A stretch of DNA of 64,000 nucleotides from Chthoniobacteraceae bacterium. Its GTDB lineage: Bacteria > Verrucomicrobiota > Verrucomicrobiia > Chthoniobacterales > Chthoniobacteraceae. The notes under the pieces are model-generated. The model made no database searches and was not told where the DNA came from. It saw only the letters and a program-made list of their open reading frames with translations. Of the stretch, positions 28,343 through 37,873 are shown in pieces. Each line of letters begins with the position of its first letter. The first letter of the stretch is position 1. The stretch lies in assembly GCA_031409655.1 (NCBI GenBank), contig JANNXQ010000127.1:1-64000 (forward strand), written 5' to 3'. The position numbers were made by a program, and so were the translations under genes.

Positions 28343-29994
28343 GCGGCAATAGCTCCGGGCATCCGCGGTGCGACGACGGCGGTGAAGTAGAAGTAGCGTT
28401 CAATGACTTGGGAAAGCGTCGTCGTCGCGGCTGCGAGCGTCGCGGCGATGGCCGCAGGGAACCCGCCGTGAGAGATGGCATAGAGGCCGAAGAACGTGGC
28501 CACGACGAAGAGGGCGACTTGGGCGACAGCCGCAGTTCGGGCGAGGGTCCAGATTTTCAGTGCGGACTGATGATTCGGATTCGCCACGCTCCGCAGGGCC
28601 GCGAGAAAGTGAGACGTTTCCCAACCAAAGAGAGCGGTCCGAATGACCGTCGCCCCCACACCACAAGACCAGGCAGCGGATGCCAGGGAGACATCGATCG
28701 CGACCGCCGCCCAGCTAAGCAGGCATGCGGATGCTGTGGCCCCAAGAAGCAGCGTCGTGCCAAAGAACTTTGGCATGGTGATCTCAGCGCTCCAGAAAGT
28801 GCGTCTGGTATCGATGTAGATCATTGCCGAGCAATAGACGGCACCAAGACCAAGGAGTGCCGTGATCGAGGCCAGGGGAGCCAGGAAGCCGCCGCTGCCT
28901 TGCAAGATCGGTAAGTCCCATCGTGTCCCAAGCCAACCCGCGGCACCGGCCAAGGCACCGGCGCTGGCTGACGCCGCCAGGATTCCAAAGGCCAGGATCT
29001 CCCAACTCATCCACGAGGTGCGCAACCCGAGGAAGAATCGCCACGCACCAAGCGGACGCCCGAGATGCAAGACACTCACGGCAAGGCCGGCCTGCAGGAT
29101 GACAAAGCTGCCGACGCCCAGGGTCAGCCCAAGAGCTTGCGACGCATGGCTCGAGAGCAGGGCAAGAGTGAGGCTCGTGCCCACGCTCATCTGCGTCAGC
29201 ACGAGCATGAAGATGAGCGGCCAGTGGGCGTGCTCGAGTCGGAGCGCATGCCGGTCTCCGGGTTGCGCATTCGCGGGCATCGGCCGATCCGTGCGGTAGC
29301 GGGTCGTGGGCTTGGTGTACTGGGAAGGGAAGGCTCCGGGCACGAGTACTTCGCCGGGTGATAGATCGCGCTCGAAGCGTTCCGTCTCGATCACGTCGAT
29401 GCGGATCGCGTGGGTCGGACACGCCTGGACGCAAGCCGGGGCCTCCCCGACCGCCAGTCGGCTGGAACACAGGTCGCACTTCCGCACGATGCCGCGTTTC
29501 TTGGAATACTTCGGCACATCATAGGGACACTTGAGCAGGCAGTATTGGCAGCCGATGCATTGGTCATCGAGATGCCGCACGATACCGGTTTCCGCGTCCT
29601 TCTCGTAGGCCAGCACCGGACAGCCTTCGAGGCATCCGGGTTCGACGCAGTGATGACACGCGGTTGTGACCGTTTGCTGGTAGGGCGCATCCGCATCACC
29701 GCCGTGCAAGACGCCGACATTGCGCCAGATTTCATCCTCTTCGAGCCCATTCAGCGAGTGGCAGGCACTCACGCAGGCCTTGCATCCGGTGCAGGCATCG
29801 AGATCCACCGCGAAGGCGTACTGTTGTCCGGCGCGCGGCTTTTCCAGGGGGATAAGATCCCGGTAGTAACGGGACTGGGCGGGGAGAGCACCCGTCTCAT
29901 GCTTCCACGAAAACCGCTCCACCGCCGTGAGTTGCTGCTGCTCGTCGAGCAGGTCATCGATTAACGTACGCGGAGTCTCGTCGGTGGGAGTCAT
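28339..29994 (-). CDS. DmsB-like 4x[4Fe-4S] domain fused to a DmsC/NrfD-like membrane anchor
   Basis: [84 protein letters not shown]; about 8 TM helices; stop overlaps the next ATG. Confidence 0.9.
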   Translation of the reverse strand: MTPTDETPRTLIDDLLDEQQQLTAVERFSWKHETGALPAQSRYYRDLIPLEKPRAGQQYAFAVDLDACTGCKACVSACHSLNGLEEDEIWRNVGVLHGGDADAPYQQTVTTACHHCVEPGCLEGCPVLAYEKDAETGIVRHLDDQCIGCQYCLLKCPYDVPKYSKKRGIVRKCDLCSSRLAVGEAPACVQACPTHAIRIDVIETERFERDLSPGEVLVPGAFPSQYTKPTTRYRTDRPMPANAQPGDRHALRLEHAHWPLIFMLVLTQMSVGTSLTLALLSSHASQALGLTLGVGSFVILQAGLAVSVLHLGRPLGAWRFFLGLRTSWMSWEILAFGILAASASAGALAGAAGWLGTRWDLPILQGSGGFLAPLASITALLGLGAVYCSAMIYIDTRRTFWSAEITMPKFFGTTLLLGATASACLLSWAAVAIDVSLASAAWSCGVGATVIRTALFGWETSHFLAALRSVANPNHQSALKIWTLARTAAVAQVALFVVATFFGLYAISHGGFPAAIAATLAAATTTLSQVIERYFYFTAVVAPRMPGAIAA

Positions 29995-30027
29995 GGCTGC
30001 GGGACGCCTGCGATCAGGGGCGTGCGG

Positions 30028-31755
30028 TTACTCCTCATTTGAGAAAATCGCCTGCAGCGTATTCAGGTCGTGGCGCTGGGTGAATTGCTGAAAAGTCTCC
30101 CGCCCTTCGCGATGCCGTTGATACCCGAGGAGCATCCTTTCCATCGTGAGCTTGAGATCATCGAAGGCGACGCCGGTAAATACCTGGCGCCCCACTGCTT
30201 GGTTTTTGCCAAAGCCACCGCCAATAAAAACATGGTAGCCCTCCACACTTTCGCCACTCACCTTGGTCTTTGTCCCGAGTAAGCCGATGTCACCCATGTA
30301 GTGCTGAGCGCAAGAGTTAGGACAGCCCGTCAGGTGGATATTCAGCGGCTGATCCAAATCCACGCGCTTCTCCAGGCAGTCGGCAAGCGCCTTCGCATGG
30401 CCCTTGGTGTCCGACTGCGCAAACTTACAGTAACTGTTCCCCGTGCAAGCAATGAGGCCGCTCCGGAGATGGGACTGCTCCGTGCTCAAGCCCGCCCGGT
30501 GCAGGGCTTTCCTTGCCGTCTCGACGAAACCATCCGGCACATTCGGCACGATGAAGTTTTGCCACACCGTGAGTCGGATCTCGCCCGATCCATAGAGTTC
30601 CGCGATCTCCGCGAGACGGAGCATCTGCTTTGGCGTAATCTGGCCCACAGGGGGAATGGCTCCGAGGTAGTTGAGTCCACGTTGCTTTTGCGGAAACGCT
30701 CCCACATGCGAGTGCGGCAGATCCTGGCTGGGATATCTAATCGTCTCCGGATCGAGGGGAACCCGCTGAAGCTGGTAACCCAGCAACTTCTCCGTCTCAG
30801 CGAGATACTGCTCTAGCGTCCACGTTTCGAGCAGATGTTTTAGCCGGGCTTTCTTCCGGTCGCCGCGATTTCCATTGGCGATATAGACGCGGACGAGCGC
30901 CGCGACGACTTTGTTCAGTTCCGCCGGCTTCACCAGCACCCCGAGATCGCGGGCGAAAGCCTTGTGCCCTGTGGCTCCACCGAGTGCGATGCGGAAGAAG
31001 ACCTCCTCCCCGACCTTTACGGCTTTGGCGCCAATATCATTGGTATCTTCAACCGTGCCAATCAACCCGCCACCGTCGTAGGCGATGTTGAATTTGCGTG
31101 GCAGGTCGTAAAACGCGCGATCATTGAGAATGATCTGCGCCATCTCCTGGCAGAGTGGCATCGTGTCGATGAGTTCGCATGGGTCGATGCCCGAGGTGGG
31201 GTTCGCCGTGAGATTGCGAATGTTATCCGCGCCCGCGCCGCGGGTGTGCAGGCCGACCGACTGGATGCGCCGGAGCACCTCGGGTGCATCCTTGGGCAGG
31301 ATGAGGCGGATTTGCAGATTCGCTCGCGTGGTGATCTGCACGTAGCCCGTGGTCAGTTCCCCGGCCACTTTCGCGATCTCGCGGAGCTGAAAGCTCTGAA
31401 GGTGACCGCCGGGGATGCGCAGCCGCGCCATGAAGGCTTCTTTGTTCGGTGTGAGGAAAAAGAGCCCGTTCCATTTGAAGCGGAAGATTTCCTCCTTCTC
31501 TGGCGTCTTATTCGCCACGGCGTGATCGAGAAGCACGGGATAAGCGTCGAGTGGATGCAGTTCGCGTTTCACGCGCTCTTCGAAAATCAGGTCGTCGAGA
31601 TTGACCGTTTTCTCGAGTTGGGGAGTCGCCTCCACATCATCGAAGCGCAAGCCCCGGGCAGCGGCGCCGGCGAAGAAGCCCGTCAGGTAATTCGTCTGTT
31701 CGCTGGTGAGCGGCGAGCCATTGATCGTCTGGAGGGGAAGTGCGGCGGTGGTCAT
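30028..31755 (-). CDS. nirA: Siroheme nitrite reductase (NirA family)
   Basis: FKWNGLF, MARLRIPGG, ITTRANLQIR, GADNIRN, LPRKFNIA, ACTGNSYC and TGCPNSC siroheme/4Fe-4S motifs. Confidence 0.9.
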   Translation of the reverse strand: MTTAALPLQTINGSPLTSEQTNYLTGFFAGAAARGLRFDDVEATPQLEKTVNLDDLIFEERVKRELHPLDAYPVLLDHAVANKTPEKEEIFRFKWNGLFFLTPNKEAFMARLRIPGGHLQSFQLREIAKVAGELTTGYVQITTRANLQIRLILPKDAPEVLRRIQSVGLHTRGAGADNIRNLTANPTSGIDPCELIDTMPLCQEMAQIILNDRAFYDLPRKFNIAYDGGGLIGTVEDTNDIGAKAVKVGEEVFFRIALGGATGHKAFARDLGVLVKPAELNKVVAALVRVYIANGNRGDRKKARLKHLLETWTLEQYLAETEKLLGYQLQRVPLDPETIRYPSQDLPHSHVGAFPQKQRGLNYLGAIPPVGQITPKQMLRLAEIAELYGSGEIRLTVWQNFIVPNVPDGFVETARKALHRAGLSTEQSHLRSGLIACTGNSYCKFAQSDTKGHAKALADCLEKRVDLDQPLNIHLTGCPNSCAQHYMGDIGLLGTKTKVSGESVEGYHVFIGGGFGKNQAVGRQVFTGVAFDDLKLTMERMLLGYQRHREGRETFQQFTQRHDLNTLQAIFSNEE

Positions 31756-31759
31756 AGGG

Positions 31760-33541
31760 TCAATACACGTCCCGTTGGTAACGTTTCTCGGACTTGAGCT
31801 TTGCGACATACTCGGCGGCGGCGTCCGGGCTCAGGCCGCCGCTGGTTTCCGCGATTCTGTGCAGAGCCATGTCCACGTCCTTCGCCATCCGACTGGCATC
31901 GCCGCAGACATAGAAGTGCGCCCCGTCTTGCAGCCAGGCCCACAACTCCGCAGCGTTTTCGAGCATTCGATTCTGGACGTAGATCTTCTCCGTCTGATCC
32001 CTTGAGAAGGCGAGGTCGAGGCGCGTGAGATGGCCAGTCGCGAGCCACCCTTCAAGTTGCTCTTGGTAAAGAAAGTCAGTGACCCTCTTTTGATCGCCGA
32101 AGAGGAGCCAGTTGCGCCCTTTGTCTCCGAGGGCCGCGCGCTCTTCCAGGAAAGCGCGGAAGGGTGCGATGCCAGTCCCGGGGCCGCACATGATCACCGG
32201 CACGTCACCATTCATCGGGAGGCGGAAGCCGTGGGAGACCTGGATGAAGACCGGTACCGGGGTTTCCGCGCTGACGCGATCAGCGAGGAAGGTCGAGGCG
32301 ATACCCTTGCGAGCCCGCCCGTGGCTTTCGTAGCGCACGGCACCCACGGTGAGATGGACTTCGTCGGGATGGGCCTTTGGACTTGAGGAGATGGAGTAAA
32401 GTCGTGGTTGTAACTTCTTGAGCAGCGCAATGAATTCGCCCGACGTGAAGGGGGATTTCATGCCCGCCAGCACGTCGATCACTTCGCGGCCCCAGAGGAA
32501 CTTCTTCAGTTCGTCCTTCCGTGCCGGATCGAGCAGGGCGGCGAGTTCGGCGTGGCGGGCGGAGGCGGCTTTGAGAAAGTCGGGCGACGGGCGCGTGATG
32601 TCGTAGCTCTGGGCGAGCGCGTGGCGGAGCGAGGTCTCCGCGCCATCGGGGTTCGCGACCGCTTCCTCGCCATCGCGTCCGAGGACCTTGAGCAAATCAG
32701 CGACGAGAACGGGACAGTTTGTCGGCATCAAGCCGAGGGCGTCGCCGACTTCATAGGTCATACCGGAGCCGGCGAGAGTGATTTCAAAGTGGCGCACCTC
32801 TTTGCCTGACCCTTGACCGGTCAGCACGCGATTGGTGACGAGACGGGCGGAAAATGGGTTTGTCCGGGAGAAGCCTTGCGGAGCCTCCGCACCCGGGGTT
32901 GCGGAGACTCCGCTGGGGTCCTCGAGCGCTAGGAGGGCCGCGCCGTTCGAGGATGAAAGGGCGGCGAAAACACCTTCTGTCCAGGCTTTCGCCAGAGCGT
33001 CGTAGTCCACGTCGCAGTCCACGCGCGGATGCACCCGTTGCGCGCCGAGTTCTTCAAAGCGTTCGTCACAGAGTTTTCCGAACTGGCAGAAGTCCGGATA
33101 ATTCGTGTCGCCTAACGCGAGGACGGAGAAATGGGTGCGGTCCAGACGCGGCGCGCCCTCCCCTTTCAGGTAACTCCAGAAGGTCTGCGCATTATCCGGG
33201 GGCTCACCTTCACCGTAGGTACTGGTGATGACGAGGAGATGCTCGGATGAGGCAAGATCGACGGTCTCGTGCTTTTCCATGCAAACGAGCTTCGGCGCAA
33301 ACCCTCGCGTCTCTGCAACCTTGGCGGTTTTTTTGGCGAGCCCTTCTGCCGTTCCAGTCTGGCTCCCAAAAAGAATCGTCAACGGCTTTGTTGGCGCAGC
33401 GGGGGCGGTACGCACTGTTTCGAGAGCGCGGGAGCCGGCTCCGGCGTCGGAGAAAAAGCCAGCTAGATAGCCATTCAGCCACAGGCGCTGCTCGGCAGTG
33501 AACGGAGCATTCTCGGGAATGAATGGGATCTGATTCGTCAT
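31760..33541 (-). CDS. CysJ-like diflavin (FMN/FAD) NADPH oxidoreductase
   Basis: FGSQTGTAE, TSTYGEGEPPDNA, PRLYSISSS, GPGTGIAPFR, YVCGDA, RYQRDVY. Confidence 0.93.
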   Translation of the reverse strand: MTNQIPFIPENAPFTAEQRLWLNGYLAGFFSDAGAGSRALETVRTAPAAPTKPLTILFGSQTGTAEGLAKKTAKVAETRGFAPKLVCMEKHETVDLASSEHLLVITSTYGEGEPPDNAQTFWSYLKGEGAPRLDRTHFSVLALGDTNYPDFCQFGKLCDERFEELGAQRVHPRVDCDVDYDALAKAWTEGVFAALSSSNGAALLALEDPSGVSATPGAEAPQGFSRTNPFSARLVTNRVLTGQGSGKEVRHFEITLAGSGMTYEVGDALGLMPTNCPVLVADLLKVLGRDGEEAVANPDGAETSLRHALAQSYDITRPSPDFLKAASARHAELAALLDPARKDELKKFLWGREVIDVLAGMKSPFTSGEFIALLKKLQPRLYSISSSPKAHPDEVHLTVGAVRYESHGRARKGIASTFLADRVSAETPVPVFIQVSHGFRLPMNGDVPVIMCGPGTGIAPFRAFLEERAALGDKGRNWLLFGDQKRVTDFLYQEQLEGWLATGHLTRLDLAFSRDQTEKIYVQNRMLENAAELWAWLQDGAHFYVCGDASRMAKDVDMALHRIAETSGGLSPDAAAEYVAKLKSEKRYQRDVY

Positions 33542-33623
33542 TGTGTTGGAAAATGGCCTTCGGATGGCGTCCGCCGCGCGGGATGGACCACGCGGCGGGC
33601 GAACCAACAAAGAATGCGTGGAG

Positions 33624-35207
33624 TTAGAAGGTAATGGTGGCTTGGACGTAGCCGAAGTTGGCGTCGTCGCTCGCTCCGGTGTCGCTGAGATAGTCGCCGG
33701 CGAAGAAATGGCTGAAGCCCACTTCGAGCGCCAGGTGCTTGTTCACGTTCCATTGCGCAAGCACGTCCACCTCGGAACCCGCATAGCTATCGGCATTTCG
33801 GGCCAGGACGCCCAAAGGACGAACGGCAGCGGTGCCGTTCGCGCGGTACCAGACGTCATCGGTGCTCGCGAGCCAGAAGGCGCGGAATTCCGCCTTGAGC
33901 GTCACGGATTTTACTGGCTGCGCCTTCAGGCTGACTTCGATCTCATGCATGTTCTGCCAGGAGAAGACGTCCATCTGGCCGTAGAATTTGTGATTCGTCG
34001 GAAAGAGATTTTGGAAGGTCTCGATCTGGCCGTCAGCCGGATCATCGTCGCCGGAGCCGTAGTTATAGGCCACGCCGAGGCGGGGCATCCAACCGGTGTC
34101 AAAGGTGTAACCCAGGCCGCCGTGTACTGCGAAGGCTGTGAGATCGAGCCCGCGCACTTCGCCAGTCTGGAAGGCGGCTTCGAGTTCGTAGTCGAGACCC
34201 ACAGGTTTCGGTGCAGCGGGCGGTGGCGTGGATTTTCCATCCATGACCGATTTGCCGTCGGTGGCTGGGGCCGGGGCCGAGGACGCGAAGGCGCCCGGCT
34301 TTGACTTGATGCGCAGCCCGAAAGTGGCGAAGTCCGTATTGCCGCGTGCGGCGGGAAAGAACTTTGCGGTGGTATTCTCGTGGAGGTGCAGCGCGTAGAG
34401 GTCGATCGTTTGTGGCCCAAGTCCTGTCGTGCTGAAGTAGAGCCCGCTGAAGATTTGTTCACGGTCGGTTTCATTGCCGTTGAAGAGGTCAGACTGGTTG
34501 TAGCTCCCGCGCTCCGGGACCACGACGGTCGAAGCGAAGGCATCGAGCCACCACGTCTTTTCCTCCCAACGGAGTTTCACTGCATCAAAGGTGCGGCCAA
34601 TGTTGTTCCAGTCGAAGGCACCGATGAGCCGCTCGTCGCCGTAGCTGAGGATCTGCCGACCCACCTTGAGGGTCAGCGGGAAGTTCTTGGCATTGCCAAA
34701 TTCAAACCAGCCCTGCCGGAGATCAAAGGCGTCGTCACCTTCGGCTCCAAGGAGGCCGGGAAAATCGGGCCGATCGGAGTTAACCTCCCGTGAGTCCTGT
34801 CCCTGAACGTAGATCTTGAACCAATCACAGGGCTTGACCAACATCCCGATGCGGGCGCGCTGCAGGAACCAGTTGTCGTCGGTGAGCACGTTGACGGCAT
34901 CGTTGAAGTCAAAGTTGTTATCCCGAATTTCCCAGCGGACGCGCTCTTGGAAGTCGAAGACGAGGGCCCCGCCGAGGAAGCTCAGGGGGTTGCTTTCCGG
35001 AGCCTTGTCCAGCATGGGCTTGCCGTCGGTGGACTTTGCATACGTCTCTCCTGCCTGGATGGACATGAAGCTGCTGGTGAGCAGCGCTGCCGCAAGCAGG
35101 GCTCCGCTTTTTTTGGTTGGTTGGGTCATGGTGTGGATCGATGGGTGCGACGATGCTCCGCCGCGGGGTAGGTTTTCTGAAGGCATGAGCGGGAGCATCC
35201 GGTTCAT
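33624..35207 (-). CDS. Alginate-export-family outer-membrane beta-barrel (putative nitrate porin)
   Basis: Signal peptide after M at 35129 (alternative start); LKVGRQILSYGDERLIG..DWNN.GRTFDA; LFPTNHKFYG.MD; terminal Phe. Confidence 0.85.
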   Translation of the reverse strand: MNRMLPLMPSENLPRGGASSHPSIHTMTQPTKKSGALLAAALLTSSFMSIQAGETYAKSTDGKPMLDKAPESNPLSFLGGALVFDFQERVRWEIRDNNFDFNDAVNVLTDDNWFLQRARIGMLVKPCDWFKIYVQGQDSREVNSDRPDFPGLLGAEGDDAFDLRQGWFEFGNAKNFPLTLKVGRQILSYGDERLIGAFDWNNIGRTFDAVKLRWEEKTWWLDAFASTVVVPERGSYNQSDLFNGNETDREQIFSGLYFSTTGLGPQTIDLYALHLHENTTAKFFPAARGNTDFATFGLRIKSKPGAFASSAPAPATDGKSVMDGKSTPPPAAPKPVGLDYELEAAFQTGEVRGLDLTAFAVHGGLGYTFDTGWMPRLGVAYNYGSGDDDPADGQIETFQNLFPTNHKFYGQMDVFSWQNMHEIEVSLKAQPVKSVTLKAEFRAFWLASTDDVWYRANGTAAVRPLGVLARNADSYAGSEVDVLAQWNVNKHLALEVGFSHFFAGDYLSDTGASDDANFGYVQATITF

Positions 35208-36055
35208 GCAGCAGCGACCTCCACTGACTTATCGGCAGCGACGGTCGCGAATGAGTGGGGCGTGGCGGGTTGTTTGTGCGCCTTTACTTCCAGGAAGTGG
35301 ATGAGCTGCGCTCGGAGGGTGTAGTAGTCCGGGTGTTCCATGACGGCCTTGCGCTCCCGCGGGCGAGGAAAGTTGACCTCGATCACTTCACCGATGCCAG
35401 CCTCGGGCCCGTCCGTCATACAAATGATGCGATCGCTGAGAAAAAGAGCCTCATCGACATCGTGGGTGACCATCATGGCGGTGATCTTTTCGCGGCGCCA
35501 AAGCTGGATGAGCACCTCTTGAAGCTCGTAGCGGGTGAGCGAGTCGAGCATCCCGAAAGGCTCATCTAGGAGCAGCATCTTAGGCGCGAGCGCAAAGGCT
35601 CTGGCGATGCCGACGCGCTGCCGCATCCCTTGGGAAAGTTCTGCTGGGCGCTTCTCCATGGCGTCGCCGAGGCCGACGAGAGTCAGGTAATATTCGGCGA
35701 TCTGTTCGCGCTCGATGGGTGCCGCCGTGTAGAAGACCTGATTCACCCCGAGCATGACGTTTTCTTTCGCGCTCATCCAGGGGAGTAAGGATGGGGATTG
35801 AAAGACGACGCCGCGATCGGGTCCGGGCCCGGTGAGTTCTTTGCCGGCAAGGATGATGGCTCCGGAGGTGATCGTGCTGAGCCCTGCCGCCATCATCAGG
35901 ATCGTAGATTTTCCACAACCCGAGTGGCCGATGACGGTGACGAACTCTCCCTTGCGAAACTTAAAGTCCACGTCTTTCACGATGACTGCTTCGCCCTTGG
36001 GTGACGGGTAGCTCTTGGTCAGCTTGGAAAGTTCCAGGTACGCCTTGTCGCTCAT
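35204..36055 (-). CDS. Nitrate ABC transporter ATP-binding protein (NrtD-like)
   Basis: GHSGCGKST, GPGPDRGVVFQ, LSQGMRQR, LLDEPFG, MVTHDVDEA. Confidence 0.92.
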   Translation of the reverse strand: MSDKAYLELSKLTKSYPSPKGEAVIVKDVDFKFRKGEFVTVIGHSGCGKSTILMMAAGLSTITSGAIILAGKELTGPGPDRGVVFQSPSLLPWMSAKENVMLGVNQVFYTAAPIEREQIAEYYLTLVGLGDAMEKRPAELSQGMRQRVGIARAFALAPKMLLLDEPFGMLDSLTRYELQEVLIQLWRREKITAMMVTHDVDEALFLSDRIICMTDGPEAGIGEVIEVNFPRPRERKAVMEHPDYYTLRAQLIHFLEVKAHKQPATPHSFATVAADKSVEVAAA

Positions 36056-36969
36056 CCGATCACCTCCACGGATTCGCGCTTCTCCTCGCTGCGGCGACGC
36101 GGTCGGCGTTTTTGGCCGAAGGGTAGGCGTGGAGCGTCGAGATCTTCGGGGATGAGGTCGGGCAGGACTAACTTCATGGTCATCGCCGTCTTCCGTTGGT
36201 CGGTTGCTTTCAGCAGGTAGTGCACGACTTCGATGCGGGTCTGCTTAAAGTCGTAGTTGGTGCCGATCTCGGTGCGCAGACGCGGGCGGGGTATGGTGAC
36301 CGGGATCGAGGGGCCGAGCGTGGCCCGCGGGCCGGCGGTCAGGGGGACGACACGATCGGCGAGCAGGATGGCTTCGTCCGGGTCATTGGTGATCAGGATG
36401 ACGGTCTTCTTCTCTTCCTGGCAGATGCGGTTGATTTCATCCTGCAGATTGGCGCGGGTGAGTGCGTCGAGAGCGCTGAGGGGCTCGTCGAGTAAAAGAA
36501 TCTCCGGTTGCATGGCGAGGGCACGGGCCACCGCGACCCGCTGGCGCATGCCGCCAGAGAGTTCACTCGGGATCTTCGTCAAAGCTGGCGTGAGATTTAC
36601 CATCGCGATGTATTTTTCGGTATGGACGCGGCGTTGTTCTACCGTCCACTCCGGGAAGATCTGATCCACGGCCAGAGCGACATTTTCGAAGACGGTGAGC
36701 CACGGGAGCAGGCTGTAGTTCTGAAAGACGATGCCGCGGTCGGGACCGGGGCCGGTTACTCGCTGGCCCTTGAGAGTGACCGTGCCTTCATCGGGGAATT
36801 GCAAGCCGAGGATGAGGGACATCAGCGTGGTTTTGCCTGCACCGGAGTAACCAATGATGGCGACAAACTCGCCTTGTTCGACCTCGAGATGCAGATCGTG
36901 CAGGACTTCGGTGCGAGCCTTCGCAGGGCCGAAGCCTTTGCTCACTCCTTTGATTTCAAGATAAGCCAT
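36052..36969 (-). CDS. Nitrate ABC transporter ATP-binding protein (NrtC-like)
   Basis: GYSGAGKTT, GPGPDRGIVFQNYSLLPW, LSGGMRQR, LLDEPL; H-loop reads ITNDPDEA. Confidence 0.92.
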   Translation of the reverse strand: MAYLEIKGVSKGFGPAKARTEVLHDLHLEVEQGEFVAIIGYSGAGKTTLMSLILGLQFPDEGTVTLKGQRVTGPGPDRGIVFQNYSLLPWLTVFENVALAVDQIFPEWTVEQRRVHTEKYIAMVNLTPALTKIPSELSGGMRQRVAVARALAMQPEILLLDEPLSALDALTRANLQDEINRICQEEKKTVILITNDPDEAILLADRVVPLTAGPRATLGPSIPVTIPRPRLRTEIGTNYDFKQTRIEVVHYLLKATDQRKTAMTMKLVLPDLIPEDLDAPRLPFGQKRRPRRRSEEKRESVEVIG

Positions 36970-36976
36970 GGGTGGT

Positions 36977-37861
36977 TTAAGCGGTTTTGAACCGGCCCTC
37001 GATCACGCTCATGATGCGATCAAGGAGGAAGCCGACGATCCCGATGGTGAGGATGGAAAGGATGATGTGCGCGTAGCTCAGCGCGTTGTATTGCTGCCAG
37101 AGGAAGCCGCCGATCCCGGGCTTTCCGGTGAGCATTTCCGCGGCGACGATGACCAGCCAGGCGATGCCGAGCGAGAGTCGGAAGCCGGTGAACATGTAGG
37201 GGAGCGTCGCGGGGAGGAGAACTTTGAAGAGCGTCTTCGTCCGCGAGAGTTTCAGCACCTTGGCGACGTTCAAATAGTCTTGCGGGATGGCGCGGACTCC
37301 GACCGCGGTGTTCAGGACGGTGGGCCACATGGAGCAGATGGCGATGGTGAAAATCGCGGCGAGGTCGGAGGCTGTGTAGTCCAGCGTCGTTCCGGGAATG
37401 CTGATTTTTGCCCCGAGGAAGAGCACCATCCCCAAAGGCAGCCAGGCGAGCGGGGAGACCGGGCGGAGGACCTGAAAGATCGGGTCGAACATCTTCGAAA
37501 AGGTCTTCGAGAGGCCTAGGAAGAAGCCGATCGGCGTGCCCACGATGAGGGCGATGGCGTAGCCTTGGACGACGAGCTTCAGCGAAAGCCAGGTGAATCG
37601 AAGGATGCCTTGGTCCAGCTCGCCGCGCTTGGCAAAGGGCTCGGTGATGTAGAGCTTGCTCCTGTCCCAAGTTTCGATGGGGGAGGGGAGATCGGCCGAT
37701 AAGCCACTGCGCTGCACCTTCACGATCTTATCGCCGAAGTCGTCGATGTACTCCGTCTTCTTCTCTTTGCCGGCGATGAACGCCCAGAAGATCAAGCAGA
37801 CGACGACACCGATGGCAGGTAGGACCAACCAATCGAGTTTCTTAAGCGAGTTTTCGTGCAT
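36977..37861 (-). CDS. nrtB: Nitrate ABC transporter permease
   Basis: DPIFQVLRPVSPLAWLP, SMWPTVLNTAVGV..IPQDYLNVA, GIAWLVIVAAEML. Confidence 0.92.
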   Translation of the reverse strand: MHENSLKKLDWLVLPAIGVVVCLIFWAFIAGKEKKTEYIDDFGDKIVKVQRSGLSADLPSPIETWDRSKLYITEPFAKRGELDQGILRFTWLSLKLVVQGYAIALIVGTPIGFFLGLSKTFSKMFDPIFQVLRPVSPLAWLPLGMVLFLGAKISIPGTTLDYTASDLAAIFTIAICSMWPTVLNTAVGVRAIPQDYLNVAKVLKLSRTKTLFKVLLPATLPYMFTGFRLSLGIAWLVIVAAEMLTGKPGIGGFLWQQYNALSYAHIILSILTIGIVGFLLDRIMSVIEGRFKTA

Positions 37862-37873
37862 AGGTGATGGCGG

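Noticed and set aside
31760..33541. Sulfate-assimilation cysJI locus
   Set aside because: The context is nitrate transport and reduction, the partner is NirA-like, and no cysH, cysD or cysN is present
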